Translations under genes and position numbers: made by a program | Notes under the pieces: generated by a model | Databases searched by the model: none | What the model saw: the letters and a program-made list of their open reading frames with translations, nothing else | Told to the model about the DNA's origin: nothing | Source of the DNA: Plasmodiophora brassicae | Lineage: Eukaryota | DNA: 64,000 nt | Assembly: GCA_036867785.1 (NCBI GenBank) | Contig: CP145414.1 | Location: forward strand, 1,178,001 to 1,242,000 | Reading direction: 5' to 3' | Part shown: positions 10,622 to 21,911 of the stretch, in pieces | Layout of the letters: each line of letters starts with the position of its first letter | Numbering within the stretch: position 1 is the first letter of the stretch

Positions 10622-13600
10622 ATGGCGCGCGACCAGCAGGACCCGGAGATGGCGAAATGCATGCTGAACTTCCTGCTGGACGAACTGCAGCCGCACCTCT
10701 GGACCAAGAAGAAGGACGCCGTATGGGCTGGGTCGATCGAGCGCGCCCTGACTCAATTGCTGATGCGCCCGTTGTTGCCCAGATCGCAACCTTCACCGGC
10801 TACTACTTCCGTTCGCATCCCGCGTACGACGACGAGCACATCCGGATGATGTTCTGCGGCGATGCGAATCGCAAGGGGTTGCTGCACGCCTGCGGGCAGA
10901 TATCCTGGAAATCGTTCCGCATGAAGACGTCCAGCATAAAGTCGCTCGACCTGCTGGCGGACCTGCTTGACGAGGCCAAGAACCGGCATGCGGCCGCGTA
11001 CATCCGCGTCCTCCTGTCGCTGGACGACGCGTCGTTCAAGGCCATACGACTGGATAAGTCGCTGGCCGTGAAGGAGACGCGGCCGAAGGCAACGATCATC
11101 CTGAATTTGCTCCAGGCGCATGGCCGTCAAATACCGCTGGGCGACTCGACCGACGACGCTGCTGAATCGGGCGGTGGTCTGCCCACCCATGGACAAAAAT
11201 CGTCCCTGGGATCGGGGGTTCCTGGCATGAATCTTGGCGTCGGCGGCAAGCAACTGGCGCCCCACCTGACGCATCGCGCCAGCGTCATGATGCCGCCCAG
11301 CGCGACGTCGAAGCTGGTGCCGGCGCCCCAGTCCAAGTCCAACCTGGCCTCCTTGATCACGAAGCTGGGCAACCTGCTGTCCCGGCGGCCGAACATCTCC
11401 GCGCTCGTCGAGAAGGGCATTGTCCAGGCACCGAAAGCGTTCGGCCGCCCGCTTGCCGAAGTCGTCGCCAGGGGCAACGTCAACCGGGTCCCGACGTTCC
11501 TCGTGCGTTGCTGTGACTTCCTGCGCGAGAACGCAATGGACAAGGTCGGCGTGTTCCGAGTGTCCGGTGAGCAATCGGTACGTGATACATGTGTGCGGGA
11601 TCGTACGTGATGTCGACGACGGCTGACACCACCGGCTGCTGTAGGAGGTGCTCAAGGTCAAGCATATGATCGACTACGCGCCCGACTTCTCGCTGGACAA
11701 CGTTTCGCCACACTCCGTTGCTGGCATTGTCAAGCTCTGGGTCCGCGAGCTCCCCGAACCCCTGCTGACGTTCGTGCTCTACGACGACATGGTGCGGTGC
11801 ACGCGCAATGAGGACTGGGCCGGGCTCGAACAGCTGGAAGCCGGCCTGCCCGAGCCGAACCGGACCATCTTCCGGTACCTGTGCACGTTCCTGGCTGAGG
11901 TTAGCATGAAATCCGACGTCAACAAGATGACGCCGTCGAACCTGGCGATCGTGTTCGCCCCGAACCTGATCAGGCCGGCCGTCGAGACGTTCGAGGCGAT
12001 CGCGAGGGACACGCCGGTGACGATCGCCACGATCAAGCATTTCGTTGAGGTCGCCCTGAATCAACTGGCGCCGTCCGTGTCGTCCGAGTATCCCACGGCG
12101 ACGATGTCGAAAGACGACACGCCGCTGCCCGAGAACTGGACCGTCTACCTCGACGAAACAACCGGCGCTCCGTTCTTCTACAACGTCGTCACGAACGAAA
12201 GCCGCTGGGATCGCCCGACATCGGCAGACGCGACGACTCCTCGCCCTTCGACGCCCACGTCGACGGCGCCCTCGCCTGCGTCCCCTCCTTCCGTGTCCGA
12301 GCATCTTCGGAAGGGCAGCACCAGCGCCGTGCCGTTGGCGCCGGCAACCCCCAACCACCAGCTGACCCATCGCCTTTCGTCGTCGGTTGCGGGTGGGACG
12401 CTGCCGCCCGACTGGGTCGAGTTTCGCGACGACGCAACCGGTGTCCCATACTATTACAACGAGACGTCCAAGGAATGCGTCTGGGTTCGACCTTCGGTGC
12501 ATAACCCGCTCGCCAGCCTGACGTTCGACGACCTCGAGTTCGCGCACGCTGTCAATGGCAAATGGACGCAAGGAAGTGCCGGCGGGTGTTTCCCGGCGGT
12601 GACCTGGTTCCAGAACGCCCAGTGGATCGTGCACCTGGCGGCCGACGGTCCCGCTCGTTTCCGGGTGTGCCTGGGCGCATGTGCGCCCTCGCCCATCGGC
12701 GTCCATGTGGTCGCTGTGGAATCGGGGCGCACCGTTGACGACGGTCGACTCCTGATGATACCGTCTGAGGAGCGCCTGCTTGCGATCGGCCCGTTCTCCG
12801 ACGACGAACCTGCGTCCGACGCCACACCGCGTCAGGCGACGACGGATATCAGGGTCGTCGGCCCCTGCTCTCTGATGATCGTCCCGTCGACGAATACCGC
12901 CGGCGTCCTGGGCGACTTTGTCATGTCGGTCTCCTGCAGCGTCCCGATCAGCATCACGCAAGTGGCCGATGACGGCAGTGCCTGGAAGAGCGTCTCCGTT
13001 CGCGGTGCATGGACGTCGTCGACCGCTGGCGGCTGCTATCCGAACTTCTCCAGTTGGAGGACGAACCCGCAGTTCATTATGAGGCCGGCGAACCCGTCGA
13101 TCCCTGTACGGGTGCTGGTCCACCTGAAGCGCGACTCGGTCGCCGATGACGACAGCGCCATCGGCATCTATGTCGTGTCCAACAACGGTCCCGCTCAGGA
13201 GAAACTTGGCGTCTGCGACGGCGACGTGCTCGCGCGCAGCGAATTCGTGACCAGCAGCGACACCGTTGTCGAAGCATCGATCCCCAGCGCTGGCAGCAGC
13301 GGCAGCGTCGTCGCCGTCGCTGACGGCGATGTCAAGAACGTCATCGCCATCCCGTGCACGTACGAGCCCGGCATAATCGACGGCTTCACCCTGACGGTCT
13401 TCGCCGATCAGCAACTTGAAGTTGACCTGATCCCGGACGCAAGACGGTGGTGCTCGACGCCGTTCATCACGTCGACCTGGGCTGCCGGCAACAGCGGTGG
13501 CTGCCGGAACTTCGACACGTGGCAGAAGAACCCAACGTTCGTGCTGTCATGTCCGAATGCGACGCACCATGGTTCGGCGTCCTGGCAGGCCATGTGCATC

Positions 13601-13888
13601 ATCTCGCAGCCGGACCCGGATTGTATATTGCCGATCGGATTCTACGTCACCGATACCAATGGCAAGACGCGGTGCAAAGGGACGTTCTCCCTGGCGCCCG
13701 AGGTATTTGGGCAGATGGTCTTCAAGCGTGAGGAGGCGCCGTACACGCTCTATGCTTGCACGTTCAACCCTGGGCTGGAAGGCGTATTTAAGGTGCAGGT
13801 CTTCTCCCAGAGCCCGTGCACATTGGTGGAAAGCGGCGGTGCGGGTGCGAAACAACAGCAGAGGGCAGCATCACCACAACAACTGTAA
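10622..13888 (+). CDS. RhoGAP with RPEL motif, two WW domains and three calpain domain-III-like repeats
   Basis: LSRRPNISALVEKGIV (RPEL-like); FGRPL, GVFRVSG, VKLWVRELPEPL, NKMTPSNLAIVFAPNL (RhoGAP); LPENW..FFYN..SRWDRP and LPPDW..YYYN..WVRP (WW); three W...S/TAGGC/SGGC...W..N repeats. Confidence 0.88.
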
Positions 13889-14006
13889 CTAAATCTCCCA
13901 TTCACCAGATCGCCATCATAGCAGACAGGCGTTGCATTTAAGGCAGCACATTTATTTCTCTTGAATAAGTGTACGATACAGGCTAGCACTGTGCGTCCGG
14001 ATCCAG

Positions 14007-16860
14007 TCAGCGGGCGGCAGCGAACTGGGCGCCAGACCGGTTTGGGCTGGCGGATGGTTTCGTGAAGTCGCAGCTGAATGAGTAGTACCCGTTCTGCAGT
14101 CCATGGAGGACGAATCCCTTCTCGGCAAGGAACTTGCGGACGCGTTCTTCGTACGCCTTGGTCGTCTGCGCCGGAGTCCTCGCTCCGATTCCACAGACAA
14201 CAACGCCGCGCTTGGCGGCCCCGACCAGACGGACCGACTTGTCGGATATCACGATGAGCTTCGTCAAGTCAAGGTCGGCCCAATCGCGAATGTCCAGGTC
14301 AGTCCAGCGAGCGTATCCATACCCGTCTCGAGTGACCTGGAGCGTCACATGCGCAAGCTGTTCCGAAGTCATCGCCTCAAGTTCGTCAAGTGAAGGAGTC
14401 AAGGAGTATCCAGCGTCGACCAGGGCCTGGAGAGATGGCAGGGCAGTCCGCTTGGTAGGTTGCTGAGGGGCCGGGCTGGGCAGGGACGTCGGCTGTGGTG
14501 CAGCGCGCTCACTCCTCCTCGGTGACTGCGCATCTCTGGCAGCAGGCGAACGTTCAGCGGCCAGCTGCTGTCGTTGTTGTTCTTGTGAAGTTGTCGTTTG
14601 GGGCGATCGTTCAGGCAATTCGACGCGCGGCGGCATATGCGGTCGGAACACAGGTGGCATCGCCAGCTTCGTTGCAGATGTCAGCGTCGAGATCGAGAAC
14701 AGCCGTTCGTCGAAAGGCGACCCTGCAGGCGTTGCCGGTGCCGACTGGCGCGTACGACCACGCAGGCGGGCCACAGATTGCGGTGTGGGGCGAACACCAG
14801 TGAATGTCGGCGACGGACGAGCAACACCTAACGGCACATAATCAGGACGGTTATCGTGGGTAGAGTTCAACAAGGTCGCATACCGGTTCGCGAAGCTGGA
14901 GCAGGAGTTGAGGGCGCTTGGAACGACAACGTCGTAGACTCTGGACGCTTTTCAGGAAGAGGGGTCAAGCCGAATGGGTTCGAATCGATCGTTGGTGTGA
15001 TTCGACTATGCTGAGGCGTTGCTATGAAGAGGGAGCGTCAGGCGCATCAGCAATGGGAGGTGGCACAGGGTATATACCTTGCTGCTGCATACTCTGGGAC
15101 ATTAACTGCTGCTGCTGCTGCTGCTGCTGGGGGGTCGCCGATCCAAACAGGGTCGACGTCGAAGGTGCTGGAGTCGACGGCGCGAATAGCGAGGTTTGTG
15201 GTTGGGCCGGCGTCTGGAAAGAGAACGGCTGCGTCGTTGAAGGTGCCGGGGTCGATGGCGCTGGGGCCGTTCCAAACATAGAGGGCGTTCCGGGTTTCGC
15301 CCCGCCAAAGAGCGATGATGTTCCAAGTCCGGTGGATGGTTGCTGGGTGCCGAGCCCGCCAAACAAGCTGCTTGTTCCAGACGTGGCCCCCGTTGTAGGC
15401 ATTTGACTGCTCCCGAACAACGACCCACCGGCAGGTTGCGACGGCTGAGCTGGAGTTGTCGTTGACGAACCTCCAAAGCCGAATGGCGAAGGCGTCGTGG
15501 ACGATGTTTGCCCGAATAGAGACGGGGTAGCGGAAGCAGGTTGCGTGGAGGGGCCGGTGGCCCCTCCTGAGAACAGCCCGCCGCCAGGTGTCCCGGACCC
15601 GAACGCAGGCGTAGACGTCGAAGGTGCCGTACCCCCAAACGAGAACGTGCTGTCAGGGGGTTTCGGCGCGCCAAACAATCCCGTTCCTGGCGTCGTTGAC
15701 GTCGACGGGGCCCCACCACCAAACATGGACGAAGTAGGCTGGGTGGCCGTCGATGACGGTGCTCCAAACAGGCCGGTCGACGGCTGCGTAGACGTGCCGA
15801 ATCCGCCCGCTGCTCCACCACCAAACGCGGTCGACGGTTGTTGTGTCGAGGGTGCGGTTGTTGACCCAAACCCGAACGACGACGACGATGGGAACGCAGG
15901 CGCTGCCGGCGGCTGCGTAGACGACGCGCCGAACGGCGTGGCGGCCGATGACGAACCGAACAGCGGCGTCGACGGCTGCTGTGGAGCAGTGGACGTCCCA
16001 AACCCGGTCCTTCCGGGCGTCGAGCTTCCGAACGGCGTTGCGCTCGACGTCCCAAATCCGCCCGATCCAAACGGACTCGGCGCAGTCGTTGCCGTCGTCG
16101 TTGAGCTGGAGCCGAAGCCGAACGAAGGCGCCGCTGACTGCTGACCGAACGGACTCGGTGCGCCGCCACCAAATGGTTGTGTCGTCGTCGTCGCCGTCGA
16201 CGACGACCCAAACCCGCCTCCTGACCCGAATGCGCCTGATCCAGCAGGCGTAGTGGCAGACGCCCCAAATCCAGACCCGAACGTGGACGCACCAGCGCCG
16301 AACGCAGGCGCCGGCGTCGCTGCCGGCGTCATCGCCCCCGGAGCACTCGCCGTCGTGATGGGCGTCTGGCCTTTCGCCATCGCGTAATCTTCATAGCGAA
16401 GCTCCTCGAACGATTTCTCCTTGTAGGCGGGCATGGCCGTGATCGATACGAGGCGGCCTTTGGCGTTGGGGCCCGTCTCCAGGCTGCTCGCATAGGCGGT
16501 ATGTTGTGTCCCGGGACGGGATCCGGCGGTCGCAGCGCCGCCGCCACCGAACATGGACGACGTCGGCGTGGACAGCGGCATGCCGCCGAACGCGCCGGTC
16601 GTTGCCGACCCTGGCTGCGCGCCGAACGCGCTCGTTGTCGTGGTCGGCTGAGCGCCGAACGCGCCCGTCGCCGTCGTCGTGGTCGGCTGCGCGCCGAACC
16701 CGGACGACGACCCAAACAGGCCGGTGGACTGCTGGGCGGGCTGCCCGAACCCGGACCCGAACGCTGTGCACGAATAGGTCAGTGGACGCATGCCGAGGTC
16801 AATGGGATGCGCGCGCGGCTCACGCGATGTGCCGGTCGTGCCGAACCCGCCGAACGACAT
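14007..16860 (-). CDS. NUP98: Nup98/Nup116-like FG-repeat nucleoporin
   Basis: FG/GLFG repeats, GLEBS motif SITAMPAYKEKSFEELRYEDY, C-terminal Nup98 APD-like domain (GYSLTPSLDEL...VTRDGYG); intron at about 15022-15077 bridges the two ORFs. Confidence 0.85.
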
Positions 16861-17519
16861 GGCCCTCCCCCGAGGCGATTTCAACAATGGCCTGACGGCA
16901 CGATTGGCCACACAGCCGGCTGCCGTCCACCGCCTGCGCAATAAATATTGCGCAACTTGACCGACATTCTCTCCCGGTTCCATTGTCCTCTATTACAGTG
17001 CAGCCCATTCTCCGCTGCTGTACTCTATTAGCGCGCGCTCTGCTGAACGCATCCGCGTTGCGGTTCCGATCCTAATTTCGATGTCCGCGTCTATGTAGGT
17101 AGGAGCAACCAATGACGGCTACGTTCGACATGTGGTGGCCACTGAGCATTGGTCTGTCCGTGTATTGTCATATCGCAGATGAACGTGACAGGCGGTCCAG
17201 TTCGATATTGGACTTTGTGTTGATCTGTGTTTCGGGTTGGCATGTGCCGACCCATCGAGAGCAAGGTTGCGAGTTATAATAGGCCAGCACCTGCAGTCAG
17301 CGCCTGTTGACGAATCTGTACACTGGGCGAGGTTGTCGTTCATCGTCCAGCTAGGGCACAGCTGCAACGCCAATGCCACTAGCGGCAGTGACAAAGCCGC
17401 GACGGGGTCGCCAGCCTCGTCATTCCGGCGACTAAAATAGCGCCAGCCCTCACTCAGCACATGTGCTTAAACCGGGGTGATTTCGCATAGGTAGAACACC
17501 CTCACTTTAAGCACCGACC

Positions 17520-18058
17520 ACTGCAGTTGCGGACTTGAGGATGCCTGGACCCACTGCGATGACTGCAGGTGCTGCCCACGTGGCGACGCGGTAAGCAGTC
17601 GTGTCTTGGGCCCCATGCGCGTGGAGGATGCCCGACGTCGCCGAGCCACGGTTTTAGAATTCATTGTCTCGTCGCCCAGAAGGCGTATCGCGCCTCAACC
17701 TCACTGGCATTGAAGCTCCTTTGTACGGCGTACAGCCGCAAGATGCAGACGGTGCGTGATGTTAGATATTGATCGATCGGTTCTATCGTACACAATGGTT
17801 CGGCTGCATGCATGCTCGGCATGCTGCTTATCCCCGTGCGGGTGTGCCCCGCTGAAAGCAGGACTAACGTCCACATCGCGTTGCACAGACCTACGACGAG
17901 AGATCGACGAGCTGAGGCAGGCTGTGCGCCGCCAAGAAGAGCTCATCGAAGAGCTGAGGCAGGTCGTCCACAGCCAGCAAGAGATAATTTCCAAGCAACA
18001 ACAGAAGATCACGGATCTGGAACAGCAGATCGCCAACGGGTCGTCAGGGGCAACCTGA
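17520..18058 (+). pseudogene. Copy 1 of small Cys-rich/coiled-coil orphan gene; first exon appears displaced and inverted
   Basis: Near-identical to 18540-18960; exon-1-like sequence is found inverted at 17301-17350. Confidence 0.5.
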
Positions 18059-18404
18059 AGTATTAAAGGACTGCCAGTTTCACACAGCCATGCAGTACAG
18101 TACTGTCGTTGGCTCTCCGATTAGTCCTCCAATTGCAATCACTGCCGTCCCAGTGCCCCACATCGCGTTGCGCCTGATCGCAATGAGTTGACGTGCTTTT
18201 AGAAAACGCTGCTGTCGTTAACGACAGGCGATCGTGGCACCACAGCTGAAGTACGTCCTCGGTGAATATCCCGGCGCCTGCGTCGCAAGGGCGCGGGACA
18301 GGCCACAATGCGTTTTCTAATGCACGAAGTTGTCGCGTCAACTATTGTGGACGTATCGAAAGCACGCAGGCTCACGAACGGTTTTCGTGGACCCTTGCTG
18401 GACC

Positions 18405-19113
18405 ATGAACGACATCCTCGCCCAGTATACAGATTCGTCAACAGAGGACTCGAGAGGCAGCAGACGATGGTGAAAGTGGGTTAGCATGTCCAGAGTCGGA
18501 TGCTGCCCGTCGACGAGGCCGCTCACGTCGCGACGCGGTACTGCAGTTGCGGACTTGAGGATGCCTGGATCCACTGCGATGACTGCAGGTGCTGCCCACG
18601 TCGCGACGCGGTAGGCAGTCGTGTCATGGTCCCATGCGCGTGGAGGATGCCCGACGTCGCCGAGCCACGGCTATGGAATTCATAGCAACAAATTATGTCG
18701 AACCGTCCTGAAGGCATATCTCGCCTCAACCTGAGGGGCGTTGAAGCGCCGTCGTACGGCGTACAGCCGGAAGGTACGTGATGGTAGATATTGCTCGATC
18801 GGTTCTATTGTACACAATGGTTCGGCTGCATGCATGCTCGGCATGCTGCTTATCCCCGTGCGGATGTGCCCCGCTGAAAGCAGGACTGACGTCCACATCG
18901 CGTTGCACAGATCTACGGCGAGAGAACGACGAGCTGAGGCAGGTTGTGCGCCGCCAACAAGAGCAGATCGCCCAGCAACAAGAGCAGATCGCCCAGCAAC
19001 AAGAGCAGATCTCCCAGCTGCAACAGCAGATCTCCCAGCTGCAACAGCAGATCGCCCAGCTACTACAGCAGATCGCCCAGCAACAACCGCACAGGAGCCC
19101 TGGACCATCGTGA
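18405..19113 (+). CDS. Copy 2 of small spliced orphan gene: Cys-rich segment plus Gln-rich coiled coil
   Basis: MNDILAQYTDSST...CGLEDAWIHCDDCRCCPRRDA...DLRRENDELRQVVRRQQEQIAQQ; GT-AG introns shared with copy 1. Confidence 0.5.
18955..19085 (+). repeat. 21-bp coding tandem repeat (heptad QQQIAQL/QEQIAQQ), about 6 units
   Basis: Repeated CAACA(A/G)(GAG)CAGATC(G/T)CCCAG units. Confidence 0.85.
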
Positions 19114-19371
19114 CGTAATCACGGGAGCGTCATTTGCAGAGAGCAATGGAACACATTTCCGTTGGCATATACTGAATTTGCTCTCCGATTAGTCCTGCAA
19201 TAGCAATAGCTGCCGTCCCAGTGCCCCACATCGCGTTGCGCCTGATCGCAATGAGTTGACATGCTTCTGGGGAATGCTGCTGTCGTTAACGACGGGCGAG
19301 CGTGGCAAGGAAGCCGCAGAAGCAGGTCCCGGCACCCGAAACAGCCCGCCAGGAACAGGGTCCACGATACT

Positions 19372-21070
19372 GATGGATCCACTTTCCACTTCATCAACTT
19401 CATCGTACTCGTCCATATGCGTGGATGAGAACGGCTGTGTACGTGGCCACAGCATCGCTTGCCAACGCAGCATCGCCGATGTAGCGGACGCTCATGCGGG
19501 TCGTCCGCGTCTGCGCTCCACCTATGATGTGGACTCGTTGCAAGCGATCTGCTCGTCGTTCGGTACATGGCTGCAAGAATTTCTACCACAGAAAGCAAAG
19601 TCGTTTGCAGTCTTTCACCTGTTGCCAAGGTTCGGCAAGTATGGCACTCGTCATTCTCATACGGGAAGCTCGCTGCACGACCTCCGGGTGCAGCGTGACG
19701 ACGAGAAGACGTCGCGATCCGTGATGCAGTTGCCACGTTCCCTCCTGGAGCAAGTCGACTACTCGCCAATCGCGAACAACCCAATGATCTTGATCTCTGC
19801 CGGCCCCCGTTGGACGCATTCGCAATTCAAGCAGAACTGTTCCAGGGCGGTATCGGCCGCGTTCAGAGCTTGCGTAGCGGATCTGCTGGACGAGGTCACC
19901 GATTACTGCAACCAGTTCGGCGAGCACCGCCGTCCGGTGCTTCTACCTCCTTCGTCCGCCCTCGCTGTCCTGGAGGCACTTGACGATGAACTGGACGACT
20001 CCGTGATGGTGGGCGTGCGCTCGATGATGAAGATGACGTCTGCCGGCGATCACGTTCTGGAGGTCCGGCGATACTTGCGAACGTTCTGGCCGTCATCGCT
20101 GATGGACTGCGCGCGCTCGCGCTACAACGGCACCGTGTCGCAGCGCATGCGGGATCGTGGACGCGAGCTGGCGGCGCCCGCCCGCTTTGCGCTCATTGGC
20201 AACCTTAACGCGGCCGTCCGGGCCACGTTCGTGAAAGGCAAGGTGCTGAAGTCCATCGTTGTTCTGCCCGATGCCCTTCGCAAGTACGGTCAGGTCAAGA
20301 AGGAGGACGTCAAGAATCCTCTTCTGTCGCCTGATGGTCGCGGATCGTGTTCCCGTCGTACACCACGTCGAGTTCATCGCCAACCTGACGGTGCGACAGG
20401 CGTGTTTCATCAGCATGTGGCAGGAGATCGATGAGGCTGACGGAAACGCCACGTTAATATTGCTGCTGGAGGCGGAGGCGGTGTGGGCACATCTCAAGCG
20501 GAAACCCGAGCGCAGTACTCCATGTTCCCGCGGAAGATGTACCTTGTTCCGCAGGATGGAGCGCGGTCACCGATCTCCGTTCGTATCCAACATCGATCGC
20601 CAGACGCTGAACGTTGTGCAGATCTTCGAGGACTGCTTCAACGCCGTGTTCGACGGGTCGTCGATCAATCCAGGTCGGTTCTACAACCGCGGCGCGCACG
20701 CCGGACAGCAATGTTGGGCCATGGCGCGGCTCCCCAACGTCGCCTCTGGTCTACGGCTGCCTGTGCCTTTGGGTCGATTTTTCCTCGACGAAACCATCAT
20801 GGATCCGCTTGGTCTCGCCTTCGCGATTTCATGAACTTCATTCACAGCCTCGATTACGTGGACTCGATGGCGACCATCCGGCATGCGCTTCATTACCTGG
20901 TCCAGTCGTGGTTCCTGGTCATCTCGACAGGACTGAGCGCAATGTTGACTCCGGACGCCATTGCTCTGAACCGCCTGCAAACTGAAGCTGCGTTAACATA
21001 TGACCAGTCGAGATGCCCTAGTTATAACTATGTACATAGGACCCTGAATCCGGTCTCGAGCTCGTTATAA
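19372..21070 (+). pseudogene. Long intron-poor orphan ORF broken into three frames
   Basis: Protein-like ORFs 19256-20434, 20259-20834 and about 20831-21070 overlap in different frames with no obvious introns at the switches. Confidence 0.45.
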
Positions 21071-21142
21071 GTTCCGCAACCTTGTCGAGAGCGCGTGGCG
21101 GAGTCCGCCGCACTTCCCACGGACTCCTCTGCAGCATCGATC

Positions 21143-21846
21143 ATGGAGCCCGCTACGACCAGCAACCAGAGCAGGCAGGTCGTTGTCGTGCTGGAGAACT
21201 GCTCGTTAGAGACGGTCAAGACGAAGAAGGGGTTCGAGTTGCTTCATGTTGATGAGCATAAGAGTCTCCTGACGAAGCATAAGAAGGATCCGTCCGAGTA
21301 CCGTGCGGACATTGTCCATCAGGTCCTGCTGACTCTGTTGGACAGCCCTCTCAACAAGGCTGGCCATCTGAAGGTGTTCATGCATACCAGAAATGTATGT
21401 TTGTATGCGTCGGCAGGCTATGCAGGTTGCTTACTTCTACGTCGCAGAACATTCTTATTGAAGTCAATCCTGAGATTCGGATCCCGCGAACATTCAAGCG
21501 CTTCTGTGGACTCATGGTCCAGCTTCTGCACAAGCTATCGATTCGTGCTGCGGACAGTCGCCAGAAGCTTCTCAAGGTCGTCAAGAACCCTGTCACGATC
21601 CATCTCCCTATTGGCGCGCTTCGTATTGGGACCTCCGTTACCGGCGAGCTCGTTGAAATGGACCAGTTCGTCATGACTATCCCTGACGACCAGCCCGTCG
21701 TCTTCATGTTCGGTGCGCATGCCCATGGCAAATGCGAGGTGGATTGGGCAGATCGCTACATTTCGGTTTCCCAGTACCCGTTGTCGGCATCCACTGCCGT
21801 CGCCCGCGTTCTTAATGCGTTCGAGAAGAAATGGGACATCTTATAA
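21143..21846 (+). CDS. EMG1: 18S rRNA pseudouridine N1-methyltransferase Nep1/Emg1
   Basis: RADIVHQVLLTLLDSPLNKAG, RIPRTFKRFCGLMVQLLHKLSIRA, GAHAHG, SQYPLSAS; one intron about 21394-21448. Confidence 0.95.
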
Positions 21847-21911
21847 CCGCCCCACCGGAATATACGAGCGAAACCTTATGTAAGGGTGCAGTGTTGTTAT
21901 GGGAAATTGAC

